NCBI GenBank assembly: GCA_963737265.1
Contig: CAVTRY010000019.1
Span: forward strand, 1 to 64,000
From: an uncultured delta proteobacterium
Lineage (GTDB): Bacteria > Myxococcota_A > Polyangia > Fen-1088
DNA length: 64,000 nucleotides
Direction: 5' to 3'
The notes beneath the pieces are model-generated. The model had not been told where the DNA came from and ran no database searches. It saw only the letters and a program-made list of their open reading frames with translations. Of the stretch, positions 15,584-25,186 are shown in pieces (within the stretch, counting starts at the first letter, position 1; each line of letters opens with the position of its first letter). A program made the position numbers and the translations under genes.

Positions 15584-16759
15584 GTGAGCATCAATCTCGA
15601 AGACCCCGTCGATCGTAGCACTTCAGACAGCGTGAAATGGGGTGCGTACGCGCCCGATGTCTTGCCGCTTTGGGTGGCTGACATTGATTTTCGCTCGCCG
15701 CCCGTCGTGCTGCGCGCTCTTCACGAGCGCGTGGAACACGGCATTTTCGGCTACGGCAAGGACCCTCGGCAGCTTGCCGAGGTTCTGGCCGCTCGTCTCG
15801 CCAATCTCTATGCCTGGCGGGTCTCACCGGGGGATATCGTCTTCCTACCGGGCGTCGTGCCCGGCCTTTACCTTTCTTGTCGGGCGTTCACGGAACCAGG
15901 AGAGAAGGTGGTCGTGCAAACGCCAGTGTATCCACCGATCCTGCGCGCACCGCTTGACACCAAGCGTGCCCGCGCGGAAGTCGGCTTCATTCGCGGCGAC
16001 GACGGCCAGTACGCTATCGATTGGGACGCTTTCGGCAATGCCATCGACAGCAATGCCGAGCTGTTGATCCTGTGCAACCCGCAGAACCCGCTCGGCCGCG
16101 TGTTTTCGCGCGACGAGCTCGAGCGCATAGCCGAGCGTTGCCAGCGGCGAGATGTCGTCATTTGTTCGGACGAAATCCACTGCGACCTCGTGTTTTCCGG
16201 ATACCGGCACGTTCCGACTGCCTCGCTTGCGCCGGAAATAGCCCAGCGGACGATCACGCTCATGGCGCCGAGCAAAACCTTCAATCTTGCCGGCCTGGAT
16301 TGCTCTTTCGCGATCATCCAGAACCCAGACCTGCGCGCTCGATTCCAGAAAGCGCGCAGGGGCATGGTACCGCACGTCAATGTCCTCGGTCTTACGGCCG
16401 CTCTTGCGGCCTATCAGGATGGCCAAAGCTGGCTCGACGAGGTGCTCGCCTACCTGACCGGCAATCGCGACGCGCTTCTGGACTACGCTCGCAAGCATCT
16501 CCCCGGCGTGCGAATCGCGGCTCCCGAGGGGACGTACCTGGCGTGGCTCGACTGTCGGCACTCGCCAGCGGCGGAAAAGCCCTATCAGTTCTTCCTTACC
16601 CAGGCCAAGGTTGCGCTGAACGACGGCGCGCTGTTCGGCCCTGGCGGCGAGGGGCACGTTCGTCTCAATTTCGGCTGTCGCCGGGATGTGCTGTTAGAGG
16701 CTCTTGGTCGAATGAGGAAAGCGCTGGAGAGTGCAGCAGGTTCTGGCGCACTCCGATGA
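15584..16759 (+). CDS. patB: MalY/PatB-family PLP-dependent C-S lyase
   Basis: SVKW, LPLWVADIDF, HGIFGY, CNPQNPLGRV, SDEIHCDL, APSKTFNLAG, EGTYLAWLD. Confidence 0.9.
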   Translation: MSINLEDPVDRSTSDSVKWGAYAPDVLPLWVADIDFRSPPVVLRALHERVEHGIFGYGKDPRQLAEVLAARLANLYAWRVSPGDIVFLPGVVPGLYLSCRAFTEPGEKVVVQTPVYPPILRAPLDTKRARAEVGFIRGDDGQYAIDWDAFGNAIDSNAELLILCNPQNPLGRVFSRDELERIAERCQRRDVVICSDEIHCDLVFSGYRHVPTASLAPEIAQRTITLMAPSKTFNLAGLDCSFAIIQNPDLRARFQKARRGMVPHVNVLGLTAALAAYQDGQSWLDEVLAYLTGNRDALLDYARKHLPGVRIAAPEGTYLAWLDCRHSPAAEKPYQFFLTQAKVALNDGALFGPGGEGHVRLNFGCRRDVLLEALGRMRKALESAAGSGALR

Positions 16760-16769
16760 GTCACATCGC

Positions 16770-18095
16770 CTACGACGTGCTCGCACCTTCGCGCTGGACA
16801 AGCAGGATGCGCGGCAACAGCGGGACCAGGACCAACGCGACCAAAGACGTCCCAGCATTGAGCCAAATCAGCCGGGAGAGATTGTGGTGCCAGCCGATGC
16901 CAGGGCGTTCATAGAGCCAGGAACCGAGCGGGTTGGAGATGGCGAACACCGCGACGTTGTATACGCTCATCAGAAGTGCGTAGCCGAAGCTCTCGCTGCC
17001 TTTAGGGGTGGCGCGGGCGGCCAGATCGAAAAGGGGCAAGACGCCCAGGATGCCGAGGAAGCCATTGACTGAGTCAATCGCGATGGCATTCCCGGGCGAC
17101 CGGTAGCCTAGGTAGAGAAGGCTGCCCAAGGCGTTCACGAGGATGCCGCCTAACAACAGGTGTTTGAGCGCGATCTTGCGGCAGAGATAGGCATAGAGGA
17201 CTGTCGCCAAGATCCCGCCGATCCCAGCCAACGCTTGTAAGCGACCAATGAACTCCGTGCTGAACCGCAGGACGTCCTGCTGGTAGTAGTTGAGGGCGAT
17301 TCCGAAGCCTGGTGTCATGAAGACAAACAGCAGCAAGAGCGCGGCTGACCACATGGTCTTGGACTTCAGAATGAGGCGAAACTGCACGGCGGCCGCCGAC
17401 CAAACTGCGAGGTTGCGGCGGGCAAGCGGTTGTTCCTTCACCCATACAAAGGTGACTGGCACCAGCGTGAGCAGCAACACCGCTCCGATGCCGGCCGTCC
17501 AACCGAAGGCACGTGCCGCCAGATAGCCACCGAGCGGCCCGGCGATCACATTGATGACACCGTCGATGCCGTAGCGTAGCGAGGCTAGGCGACCCGTGGC
17601 ACTGCCTTCCTGGCCAACCTCGACGAGTATGCCGCCGATCGTCGTGCTGGCAATGACCATGGCGCTGTTGAGCATCACCATCAGCCAGAAGAAGGTCGCG
17701 TAGGAACGAGGCGCAATGGCGAAGAGCGACCACGCCAAGCCAGCAACGGCGGACGCCAGGATCAGGTAGCTGCGCCGCCGGGTGCCGAAGAGCGGAAAGC
17801 TGTCGCAAAGCAGTCCGGCTAGTGGCTTTAGGTACCAGGCGAAAGTCGCGATGGCGAAGAAGTTCGCCTGCTGGGCGGCGTTAAAGTGGAACTGGTTTTT
17901 GAAGAGGAATCGGAACGGCAATTGGCCGATGACACCGGCTTGGCCCAAGGTGGTGATGAAAAGTCCGGCCGAGACGAGGAAGTACATGCGCCGGAGATCC
18001 GTCGGCGAGCGCACCAGAGCGGGCGCTTTCGCGCCAGCGCTTATCGTCGCCAGGGTGGGATCGGGAGCGTTGTCGTCAGTGGAGATTGTTGTCAT
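16770..18095 (-). CDS. MFS transporter, BT1/folate-biopterin-like
   Basis: Multi-TM; WYLKPLAGLLCDSFPLFGTRRRSYL. Confidence 0.8.
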   Translation of the reverse strand: MTTISTDDNAPDPTLATISAGAKAPALVRSPTDLRRMYFLVSAGLFITTLGQAGVIGQLPFRFLFKNQFHFNAAQQANFFAIATFAWYLKPLAGLLCDSFPLFGTRRRSYLILASAVAGLAWSLFAIAPRSYATFFWLMVMLNSAMVIASTTIGGILVEVGQEGSATGRLASLRYGIDGVINVIAGPLGGYLAARAFGWTAGIGAVLLLTLVPVTFVWVKEQPLARRNLAVWSAAAVQFRLILKSKTMWSAALLLLFVFMTPGFGIALNYYQQDVLRFSTEFIGRLQALAGIGGILATVLYAYLCRKIALKHLLLGGILVNALGSLLYLGYRSPGNAIAIDSVNGFLGILGVLPLFDLAARATPKGSESFGYALLMSVYNVAVFAISNPLGSWLYERPGIGWHHNLSRLIWLNAGTSLVALVLVPLLPRILLVQREGASTS

Positions 18096-18336
18096 GGCTG
18101 GACTGAGATAGAGTACTGGAAAGGCCGCAGTAAACGAAGACGTTGTTGTTAGCAGGATCGGGCCGCAAGAGAAACTGCCGCTGGGTACAGCGCCGGGTAA
18201 TCATGCAAGTGCGACCTGGAAGGACCTCGTGTGGGGGAGACATGTAGGGCTTTCGGCGGCTGCGAATATGAAGATTTGTTTGCCGAGCGTTCCGTTACCA
18301 CATACGATGAACGGCAAGAAAGCCCCAGGAGGACCC

Positions 18337-18720
18337 ATGTCCGAGACAAATGTCGCTGCACTCGTAGAAACCTTCGCCAATCAGCTTGTTGCATCCGTGG
18401 AGGCATCCGTCGCCGCGCGAGTCCAAGCTGCAATCGCCGGTGTCTTCAATGCGCCACAAGCGCGTGGACTAGAGAGTCCGCGGAATCGGGCCGTGTCGGA
18501 TACGGCGCCCGTGGTGGCAATACCAGTGGCGACAGCGATCGCGAAGAACGCATCCCCCAAGGCTGCGCGGGCGCGGAAGCTTCAAGGGCAGTACCTGGGC
18601 GCATTAAAATCCCTTACCGGCGCGAACCGCGCCAAGGTGAAACGGGCGGCCAAGGAGAAGGGCGTCGCCGAGGCGGTGAGGCTGGCATTGTCGATAAAGA
18701 AGATATCGACGATCCCTTAG
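18337..18720 (+). CDS. Small basic hypothetical protein, possibly DNA-binding
   Basis: AGGAGG before ATG 18337; helical N-terminus, linker, basic C-terminus ARKLQGQYLGALKSL..RAKVKRAAKEKG. Confidence 0.7.
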   Translation: MSETNVAALVETFANQLVASVEASVAARVQAAIAGVFNAPQARGLESPRNRAVSDTAPVVAIPVATAIAKNASPKAARARKLQGQYLGALKSLTGANRAKVKRAAKEKGVAEAVRLALSIKKISTIP

Positions 18721-19682
18721 CTGCGGTAGAAACCCGACTGAGAAAAGATAGTCAAGCTAAGTTGCGACTGGGTCGCCTGCGTCGCGCCCTGCCGGTACTG
18801 CTGAAGGCGCCCAACGTATTCCCGCGTGCTCTTGGGCATCGGCACCCGCGCGCGGGTCATGTGAAAGATTAGGTCCTTGCCCATCGCGATCAATTGGAGG
18901 CCCTGGGTGATTCGCAACTGCTCGTCCAAGGACGGCGTCCTCACGGGATGCGGCTCGAAGCCACAGACCTTCTCGGCCGCCACCACCAGCGCGGTCCATG
19001 CCTCGAAGATCTCGGGGTCGGTGTGCAGCGTCTCGCACTTGACCTTGGCCGCCGCGACACACTCGCGGATGAGCGGCTCGACCCCCGAGAACGCGGACAG
19101 GCTGCCGAAGGTGGCAACTAGCTCGTCCCCGATGAGGTCGACAGTACGCATGGTCTGCGCGATCTTCATGTAGCGGCTCTTGTAGAATTCCTCGATGGGA
19201 AACGCGAACGCCTTGAACGGCTCTCCCCACAGCTCGTCGATGCCCTCCTCGCCGCTCCGATGCAGGACCATCCGTCCGAGCTCGAGCGCCTCCTGCAGGT
19301 ACTCGCCACACTGGCGCATGAGCGCGTTGTCGGTACGGATCTCGATACCGAGCGTCTGGACCTCTACCACCTTGGTAAAAACGTCGGCGGCGCGGTTGAA
19401 CAGCGCCCCGGCCAACATCGCCCCCTTCACGCGCTTTCGCCGCGGCTCGGTCTCGGCCTCGAACGCCCGGCGCGCCTCGTCGAGGCGCGTGCCTGGAATA
19501 TTCACGCCGTGCTCGACGTGGTTAAACAAGCGCCGGGTCAGCGCTTCGATAAGTCGCTTCTTTGCCGTCAAGGTGTCGGCGGGGACTTCGTAGGCTTTGA
19601 TCCAGTAGCCGTCGCAATAGACGCGGCGTTGGCCACCGATGATTCGCTGCGTACCGTCGGGAATGGGCGCATCGTCCTTCAT
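18717..19682 (-). CDS. Hypothetical protein (321 aa, predicted helical)
   Basis: Long ORF with protein-like composition; no family recognised. Confidence 0.75.
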   Translation of the reverse strand: MKDDAPIPDGTQRIIGGQRRVYCDGYWIKAYEVPADTLTAKKRLIEALTRRLFNHVEHGVNIPGTRLDEARRAFEAETEPRRKRVKGAMLAGALFNRAADVFTKVVEVQTLGIEIRTDNALMRQCGEYLQEALELGRMVLHRSGEEGIDELWGEPFKAFAFPIEEFYKSRYMKIAQTMRTVDLIGDELVATFGSLSAFSGVEPLIRECVAAAKVKCETLHTDPEIFEAWTALVVAAEKVCGFEPHPVRTPSLDEQLRITQGLQLIAMGKDLIFHMTRARVPMPKSTREYVGRLQQYRQGATQATQSQLSLTIFSQSGFYRS

Positions 19683-19817
19683 GACCGTGAGAACCTACCG
19701 CCGATCTCCGCCTGCGCCGCCGCCAGAGCGAGGGTGCGCGAAGTATTTACGTTGCCGAAATATCACCGAAGCAGTAGCTGGCTTCGCGCAGGAATAAAAA
19801 CTGCCGTGCCCGTGCCC

Positions 19818-20603
19818 CTAGACCACAATCCGACGTCGCAACCGACGGATGGCGAAGTAGCCGGCGACGACAGTCACCACGACCAGGAAGGCGAGATCGG
19901 CGAGGAGCACAGGCGAGAAGCGGCCGATAGCGAGCGAGCGGGTCAGTCGGATAGCGTGGGTCAGGGGTAAAATCTCCGCGAACGGGCGAAGCGTGCGCGG
20001 CAGGTTGTCGATGGGAAACACGGTTCCGGAAAAGAAGAACATCGGGGACAGGAAGCCGGTGAAGTAGAAATTGAAGTGATTGATGTTGCGCACGAACGAG
20101 GCGACCACCAGCGAGAGCGCTCCGAACATGGCCCCAGTCAGGAAACCAATTGGCACCGCGAACAAGCCCATGGGCATGGGAATGGCACCGAAGAGCGCCA
20201 TGACCAGGACGACACAGGCGCTGAAGAAGAGGCCTTTGCTGCCAGCCCACAGGATTTCGCCGACGAAGAGGTCGTTGACGGTGACCGGGGCTGCAACCAT
20301 GCCGTCGTAGGCTTTCTGGAACTCCAGGCGAACGAACGTGCCGAAGGTGCACTCGTAGGACGCCGTGAACATGGCCGAGGTCATGGGAAGTGCGGTGGCA
20401 AGAAAGACGAGATACGGGATGCTGTCCATCGCCGCGATGTACCGGCCGAGGCCGAGCCCGATGCCGACTAGGAAGATCATGGGTTCGAGAAAAGGCGGCA
20501 GCCCGTTGCTGACGAGGTTCTTCGTGTACACGCGCATGTGGCGATGCCAAACGCTGTATAGGCGCGCGCCGAGCACAGGCGGGCGAATGTCACTGGCGAG
20601 CAT
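19818..20603 (-). CDS. ABC-2 permease, NodJ-like
   Basis: FLEPMIFLVGIGLGLG, PMFFFSGTVFPI; start MLASDIRPP after GGAGG. Confidence 0.88.
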   Translation of the reverse strand: MLASDIRPPVLGARLYSVWHRHMRVYTKNLVSNGLPPFLEPMIFLVGIGLGLGRYIAAMDSIPYLVFLATALPMTSAMFTASYECTFGTFVRLEFQKAYDGMVAAPVTVNDLFVGEILWAGSKGLFFSACVVLVMALFGAIPMPMGLFAVPIGFLTGAMFGALSLVVASFVRNINHFNFYFTGFLSPMFFFSGTVFPIDNLPRTLRPFAEILPLTHAIRLTRSLAIGRFSPVLLADLAFLVVVTVVAGYFAIRRLRRRIVV

Positions 20604-21522
20604 CGAGCCTCCTTCCGGTCGCTTTGAGAAAGACGTCTTCGAGCGTGCTCGGGCGCAAATGGTAGTCGCCCGGTGGCAGTTGCTCGGCCACCGACTTGAG
20701 CACGGCGTAGTCGGTGGCGTAGACGCGCACCGATTCGTCGGACTGCTCGACGCGGGCGGTACCAGCCGGAACACGTTCAAGCGCTTGGGGCGCGAGCTTC
20801 ACGTCGGTCAGCTCCAGAACGTAGGGTTCGATGTGGTCCGCCAGCAGCAGCTTGGGGTTGCCACGCAGCACCGCCTTGCCATTTTCCAGTATGAGCACGT
20901 CGTCGCACAACTGGAACGCTTCTTCCATGTAGTGCGTGGTCAGCATGATGGTGAGACCGCCGCGTTTAAGCTGGCGTAGCTTGTCCCAGATGGTGTGGCG
21001 GACTTGCGGGTCGAGCCCGGTGGTCGGCTCGTCGAGGATGAGCAGGCGCGGCTCGTTGAGCAGGGCGCGCACGATGACGAGCCGACGTTTCATGCCGCCC
21101 GAAAGCTCACGGATACTGGCGCGCGCCTTTTCGCGCAACTCCATGAACGCGAGTAGCTCTGCGATGCGCGACTCGGCTCGCTTGGCGGGCATGCCGTAGA
21201 GCCGGGCGAACACGTGCAGGTTTTGGCCGACGTTCAGCTCTTCGTCGAGGTTGTCGTCCTGGGGAACCACGCCCGAGCGGCACTTGATTTCGAGCTCGTC
21301 GCGCTCGGGATCGAAGCCGAACACCGAGACGGTTCCGCGCGGCGAGGCGTCGCGCTCGGCCTTGCGATAGATGAGACGCATGATCGTACTTTTGCCGGCG
21401 CCGTTGCGGCCGAGCAGCCCGAAGCAGGTCGACGGCGCCACGTCGAAGCTCACTCCGTCGACGGCTTTCACGTCGCGGTAGGATTTGTGGACATTGTCGA
21501 AGACGATGACGGCGTCTGCCAT
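20590..21522 (-). CDS. ABC transporter ATP-binding protein, NodI-like
   Basis: GRNGAGKS, VVPQDDNLD, LSGGMKRR, DEPTTGLDPQ, TTHYMEEA. Confidence 0.92.
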   Translation of the reverse strand: MADAVIVFDNVHKSYRDVKAVDGVSFDVAPSTCFGLLGRNGAGKSTIMRLIYRKAERDASPRGTVSVFGFDPERDELEIKCRSGVVPQDDNLDEELNVGQNLHVFARLYGMPAKRAESRIAELLAFMELREKARASIRELSGGMKRRLVIVRALLNEPRLLILDEPTTGLDPQVRHTIWDKLRQLKRGGLTIMLTTHYMEEAFQLCDDVLILENGKAVLRGNPKLLLADHIEPYVLELTDVKLAPQALERVPAGTARVEQSDESVRVYATDYAVLKSVAEQLPPGDYHLRPSTLEDVFLKATGRRLDARQ

Positions 21523-21583
21523 AGCCGGCTAGAATTAGCACACTCAGGGCCGTGCGTGGGTTTCACCACAGAGAGCTAGCTAG

Positions 21584-22531
21584 CTAATACAATCCGAGCT
21601 CTGCAATGCTGGCGGACAAGATCTCCGCCGAGCGGGTGAGCTTCTCCAGCTCGCTCGCGTCCAGGCCGAGCTGCAACACGCGGGCGACGCCGCGCCGGTT
21701 GATGACGGTGGGCAGGCTCAGACAAACGTCGGAGAGACCGTACTGTCCGGTGAGGAGGCTCGATGCGGACAGGACGGTGCTTTGATCGCGCACGATGGCC
21801 TCGACGATGCGCAGAAGGCCCGAGGCGACGGCGTAGTAGGTCGCGCCCTTGCGCTCGATGATGTGGTACGCAGCATCCCGCGTCTTGTGGAAGATTTCTT
21901 CCATGGCCTTCGATTCGAACTTGGGCCAGCCTTCGCCGCCAAGGTCGGCCAGGCGAACACCCGCGATGTTGGCCAGCGACCACACCGGGACCTCGCTGTC
22001 GCCGTGCTCGCCGATGATGTGGGCGTGCAGGCTGCGCGCGTCGACGTCGAAGTGATTGGCCAGCAGGGTGCGAAAGCGGGCGGTATCGAGGATGGTGCCT
22101 GACCCGAACACGCGCCGCCGGCTGAGCCCGGAGATCTTGTAGGCCGCGTAGGTCAGGACGTCGACCGGGTTGGTGGCGACGAGGATGATGCCTTCGGGAT
22201 TGACCGCGGCGATTTCACTGATGACCTCGCGAAAGACGGCGATGTTGCGCTTGAGCAAATCCATGCGCCCTTCGCCCGGGCGCTGGCTGGCGCCCGCGGA
22301 CACCATGGTGACGAGCGCGCCCTTACAATCGTCGTAGCCCCCCGCCCACACCCGAACTGGCTGATTGAACGGAACGGCGTGGTCGAGATCCATAGCCTGA
22401 CCTTCGGCGCGGGCTCTGTCGGCATCGAGAAGCACGATCTCGCTGGCCAGGCCGCTGAGCATGACGGAATAGGCGAAGGTGGACCCGACGTTGCCGGCGC
22501 CCACCACGGCGATTCGAACTGGTTCATTCAT
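21584..22531 (-). CDS. ldh: L-lactate dehydrogenase
   Basis: VGAGNVG, AGASQRPGEGR (Gln specificity residue), ATNPVD, LDTARF, GEHGDS, KGATYY. Confidence 0.93.
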   Translation of the reverse strand: MNEPVRIAVVGAGNVGSTFAYSVMLSGLASEIVLLDADRARAEGQAMDLDHAVPFNQPVRVWAGGYDDCKGALVTMVSAGASQRPGEGRMDLLKRNIAVFREVISEIAAVNPEGIILVATNPVDVLTYAAYKISGLSRRRVFGSGTILDTARFRTLLANHFDVDARSLHAHIIGEHGDSEVPVWSLANIAGVRLADLGGEGWPKFESKAMEEIFHKTRDAAYHIIERKGATYYAVASGLLRIVEAIVRDQSTVLSASSLLTGQYGLSDVCLSLPTVINRRGVARVLQLGLDASELEKLTRSAEILSASIAELGLY

Positions 22532-22655
22532 TTGCCGCCCATTCTACGTGCTAGGCTCCCGTCGGACAGGCAAGAAAACATGGGGATAGGACATTGGTGA
22601 CCGTCGCTCTCGCTCTCGCGCTCGCGGCAGGGCCGCGCTGTCGGCAAGCGACACC

Positions 22656-23027
22656 ATGCTAGTCGGCGCCGCCGTGCTGCTTGCGTTTCAGCTCGGGGCT
22701 GAATGGATCGCCACGCGGTTCCATTTGCCGCTTTCGGGTCCTGTGTTGGGAATGGCTGCGCTGACGGTGGCCCTGGCTGCCTCGGGACGCGCGCCCCAGG
22801 GTCTGGCCACGGTGTCGAACCTGTTGCTCAAGGCCATGCCGCTCTTCTTTATTCCCGCGGGCGTGGGCGTGCTGGTACTTTCCGACCAGCTCCGCGCCGC
22901 CTGGGTGCCCATTGCAACGTCGCTGCTCGGCAGTACCTTGGTAGCCATGGCGGCGACGGCGACGGTCATGAAAGGCGTCGCCCAATTGCTAGCGCGTGTT
23001 CGGCCGGGTTCGAAACCGTCGCCATGA
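22656..23027 (+). CDS. CidA/LrgA-family membrane protein
   Basis: LSGPVLGM, MPLFFIPAGVG. Confidence 0.85.
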   Translation: MLVGAAVLLAFQLGAEWIATRFHLPLSGPVLGMAALTVALAASGRAPQGLATVSNLLLKAMPLFFIPAGVGVLVLSDQLRAAWVPIATSLLGSTLVAMAATATVMKGVAQLLARVRPGSKPSP

Positions 23028-23722
23028 AGCTTCTGTGGTCCACACCCTTGCCCGGCGTCTTGGTCACGCTCTTGGCCTACGCAATCTGCCTGCGCGTTCA
23101 GCGGCGCGCGCGCGGGCATGCGTTTGCGCATCCGGTGGCCTGGTCCATCGTCATCCTAGTCGTTCTGCTCGAGGTGACGAAGCTTCCCTACGCCACCTAC
23201 TTCGCCAGCGCGCGGCTCTTGCATTTTCTTCTCGGTCCCGCCACCGTGGCGCTGGCCGTGCCACTGGCGAGAGAGTTGCCACGCCTGCGGCGCCTGCTGT
23301 GGCCGATTGCCGCGGGACTGCTGGCTGGCAACCTGAGCGCCGCGTGCAGCGCCATCTTCCTTGCCAAGATCCTGGGCGCGAGCCGCTCGGTGACGCTTTC
23401 GCTCGCGCCGAAATCCGTCACCACGCCAATCGCGATGGGCATTTCGGAAAAGATCGGCGGCCTGCCATCATTGACCGCGGTACTTGTCATCACAACCGGC
23501 GTCATCGGCGCCGTGCTGGGCCCGTGGTTTCTCGATCGCCTGGGCATCGACGATCCGACCTTTCGCGGAACCGCGATGGGGGTGAGCGCGCACGGGCTCG
23601 GCACCGCCAGCATCTACCAAGAATCGAGCGAAGCCGGCGCGTTCTCCGGCCTTGCCATGGGCCTGTCCGGACTTATCACCGCGCTGATGCTTCCGGCGCT
23701 GGTGAAGCTCTTCGGGCTGTAG
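23024..23722 (+). CDS. lrgB: LrgB/CidB-family membrane protein
   Basis: LLGPATVALAVPL, SLAPKSVTTPIAM, AMGVSAHGLGT; ATGA overlap. Confidence 0.9.
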   Translation: MKLLWSTPLPGVLVTLLAYAICLRVQRRARGHAFAHPVAWSIVILVVLLEVTKLPYATYFASARLLHFLLGPATVALAVPLARELPRLRRLLWPIAAGLLAGNLSAACSAIFLAKILGASRSVTLSLAPKSVTTPIAMGISEKIGGLPSLTAVLVITTGVIGAVLGPWFLDRLGIDDPTFRGTAMGVSAHGLGTASIYQESSEAGAFSGLAMGLSGLITALMLPALVKLFGL

Positions 23723-23742
23723 TTGTGTTGCACGGCCTAACC

Positions 23743-24756
23743 TTACCCGCCCAACCTCGCCACAGCCCACTGCGCGGCCTCCGCCACCGCCGGACTGGCG
23801 TCCCCGCACAATCGTTCCAGCAACGGCAGCGCTTCTTGGCGATTCCCAGCCCCGAGCGCAAGGCAGGCGTTGCGGCGAATTCCGTCGTAGCCGGCGCGAA
23901 TGAGCGGCGTGCCCGCGGCCAGCTCGGCGAACTCCGATGGCGAAAGGGCGGCGAGCTCGGCGGGCGTTCGTTGGGCGATGGGCCGCGGATCTTGTCTCGG
24001 GTCACCAGGCGGCAGATCACGCTGGTTCCAGGGGCAGACTTCCTGGCACACGTCGCAGCCGAAAACGCGGTCAGCCAGCTGAGGGCGCAGCTCATCCGGG
24101 ATCGGATCGTGGTTCTCCACGGTTTGATAGGCCAGGCAGCGGCGCGCGTCGAGGACGCCGGGGCGGGGAAAGGCGTTGGTCGGACAGGCCGACAGGCAGC
24201 GCGTGCAGTCGCCGCACAACCTGGGATGGGGCTCGTCGTAGGCATCGACGGCGCGGTTCAAGATCATTAGGCTCAAGGTGAAGTACGAACCGTGTCGGCG
24301 ATTGATGAGCAGGCCGTTCTTGCCGATAAAACCCAGTCCCGCCCGTTCGCCCCACGCCTTTTCCATGGCCGCGCCGGCATCGACGCAGGCGTAGGTATGG
24401 ATAGTTGGATCGAGCAGCAGCAGTCGCTTGCGCATGGCCTTCATGCGATCGCGGTGGGCGTAGTGATAATCGCGGCCGCGGGCGTAGCGGGCGATGGGCG
24501 AAACAAGCTCGTCGCCCCGGCCGTAAGGGATCCCGAATACCAAGACCGTCCTCGCGCCGCGCACGACGCGCGCCGGATCCAGCCGTTCTTCCATGCGTTT
24601 GCGAATGGCGCCGAGACCTGCGGCGTAGCCCGCGTCCAGCCATTCGCGCAGCGGCTCGGGCGGAAGCGGCGCCGCCGGCGCGAGCCCGACGAGAGTGAAG
24701 CCGCAGGCCAGGGCCTCGTTGCGAACGTCGCTGGTTATGAGCAGAATGTCATCCAC
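23743..24756 (-). CDS. queG: tRNA epoxyqueuosine reductase (start approximate)
   Basis: IARYARGRDYH, GLGFIGKN, CGDCTRCLSACPT, DARRCLAY, FGCDVCQEVCPWN. Confidence 0.92.
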   Translation of the reverse strand: MDDILLITSDVRNEALACGFTLVGLAPAAPLPPEPLREWLDAGYAAGLGAIRKRMEERLDPARVVRGARTVLVFGIPYGRGDELVSPIARYARGRDYHYAHRDRMKAMRKRLLLLDPTIHTYACVDAGAAMEKAWGERAGLGFIGKNGLLINRRHGSYFTLSLMILNRAVDAYDEPHPRLCGDCTRCLSACPTNAFPRPGVLDARRCLAYQTVENHDPIPDELRPQLADRVFGCDVCQEVCPWNQRDLPPGDPRQDPRPIAQRTPAELAALSPSEFAELAAGTPLIRAGYDGIRRNACLALGAGNRQEALPLLERLCGDASPAVAEAAQWAVARLGG

Positions 24757-24924
24757 GTTGCACGTCGACCCAGGATCTGCCCTAGTAGGCGGCCTGGGTC
24801 GAGAAAAACAGGAGAACGCGAAGGCTTGCAACCCCACTGCGAACACCACCAGTAGCCGTTGTAGTCGCGCCACTACCGTCTTTCGCACAAATGGGTTCAT
24901 GATTTCTCCTGCCAAGGCTGGTGC

Positions 24925-25050
24925 ATGCAGGAAAGGCTGGACGACCCGGCCTTCTACGAAAAGATGTCCGCGCTGCTGGACGAGGTCATCAAGTTCCGCA
25001 AAGAACGGGCGGTAGGGTACGAGCAGTACCTGAAGAAAATTGCCGAGCTG
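24925..25050 (+). pseudogene. Short fragment resembling type I restriction HsdR C-terminal region
   Basis: DPAFYEKMSALLDEVIKFRKERAVGYEQYLKKIAEL; recognised by eye. Confidence 0.55.
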
Positions 25051-25186
25051 ACACTCTGCAACACCTGCTACCGCTCGGCGAACGACTCCGCCCGCTGCGG
25101 CAAATACGGGGAACTTCGGCCTAGCCCACCATGCGAAAACCGGCTGAGGCAGAGTGGATAGCAGGTCATATGACACCCATCCAGTT

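Noticed and set aside
15402-15587. Short ORF ending LQKAFELGKRLA overlapping the patB start, possible flavodoxin-family tail
   Set aside because: Only about 15 residues of resemblance; cannot be supported without a search.
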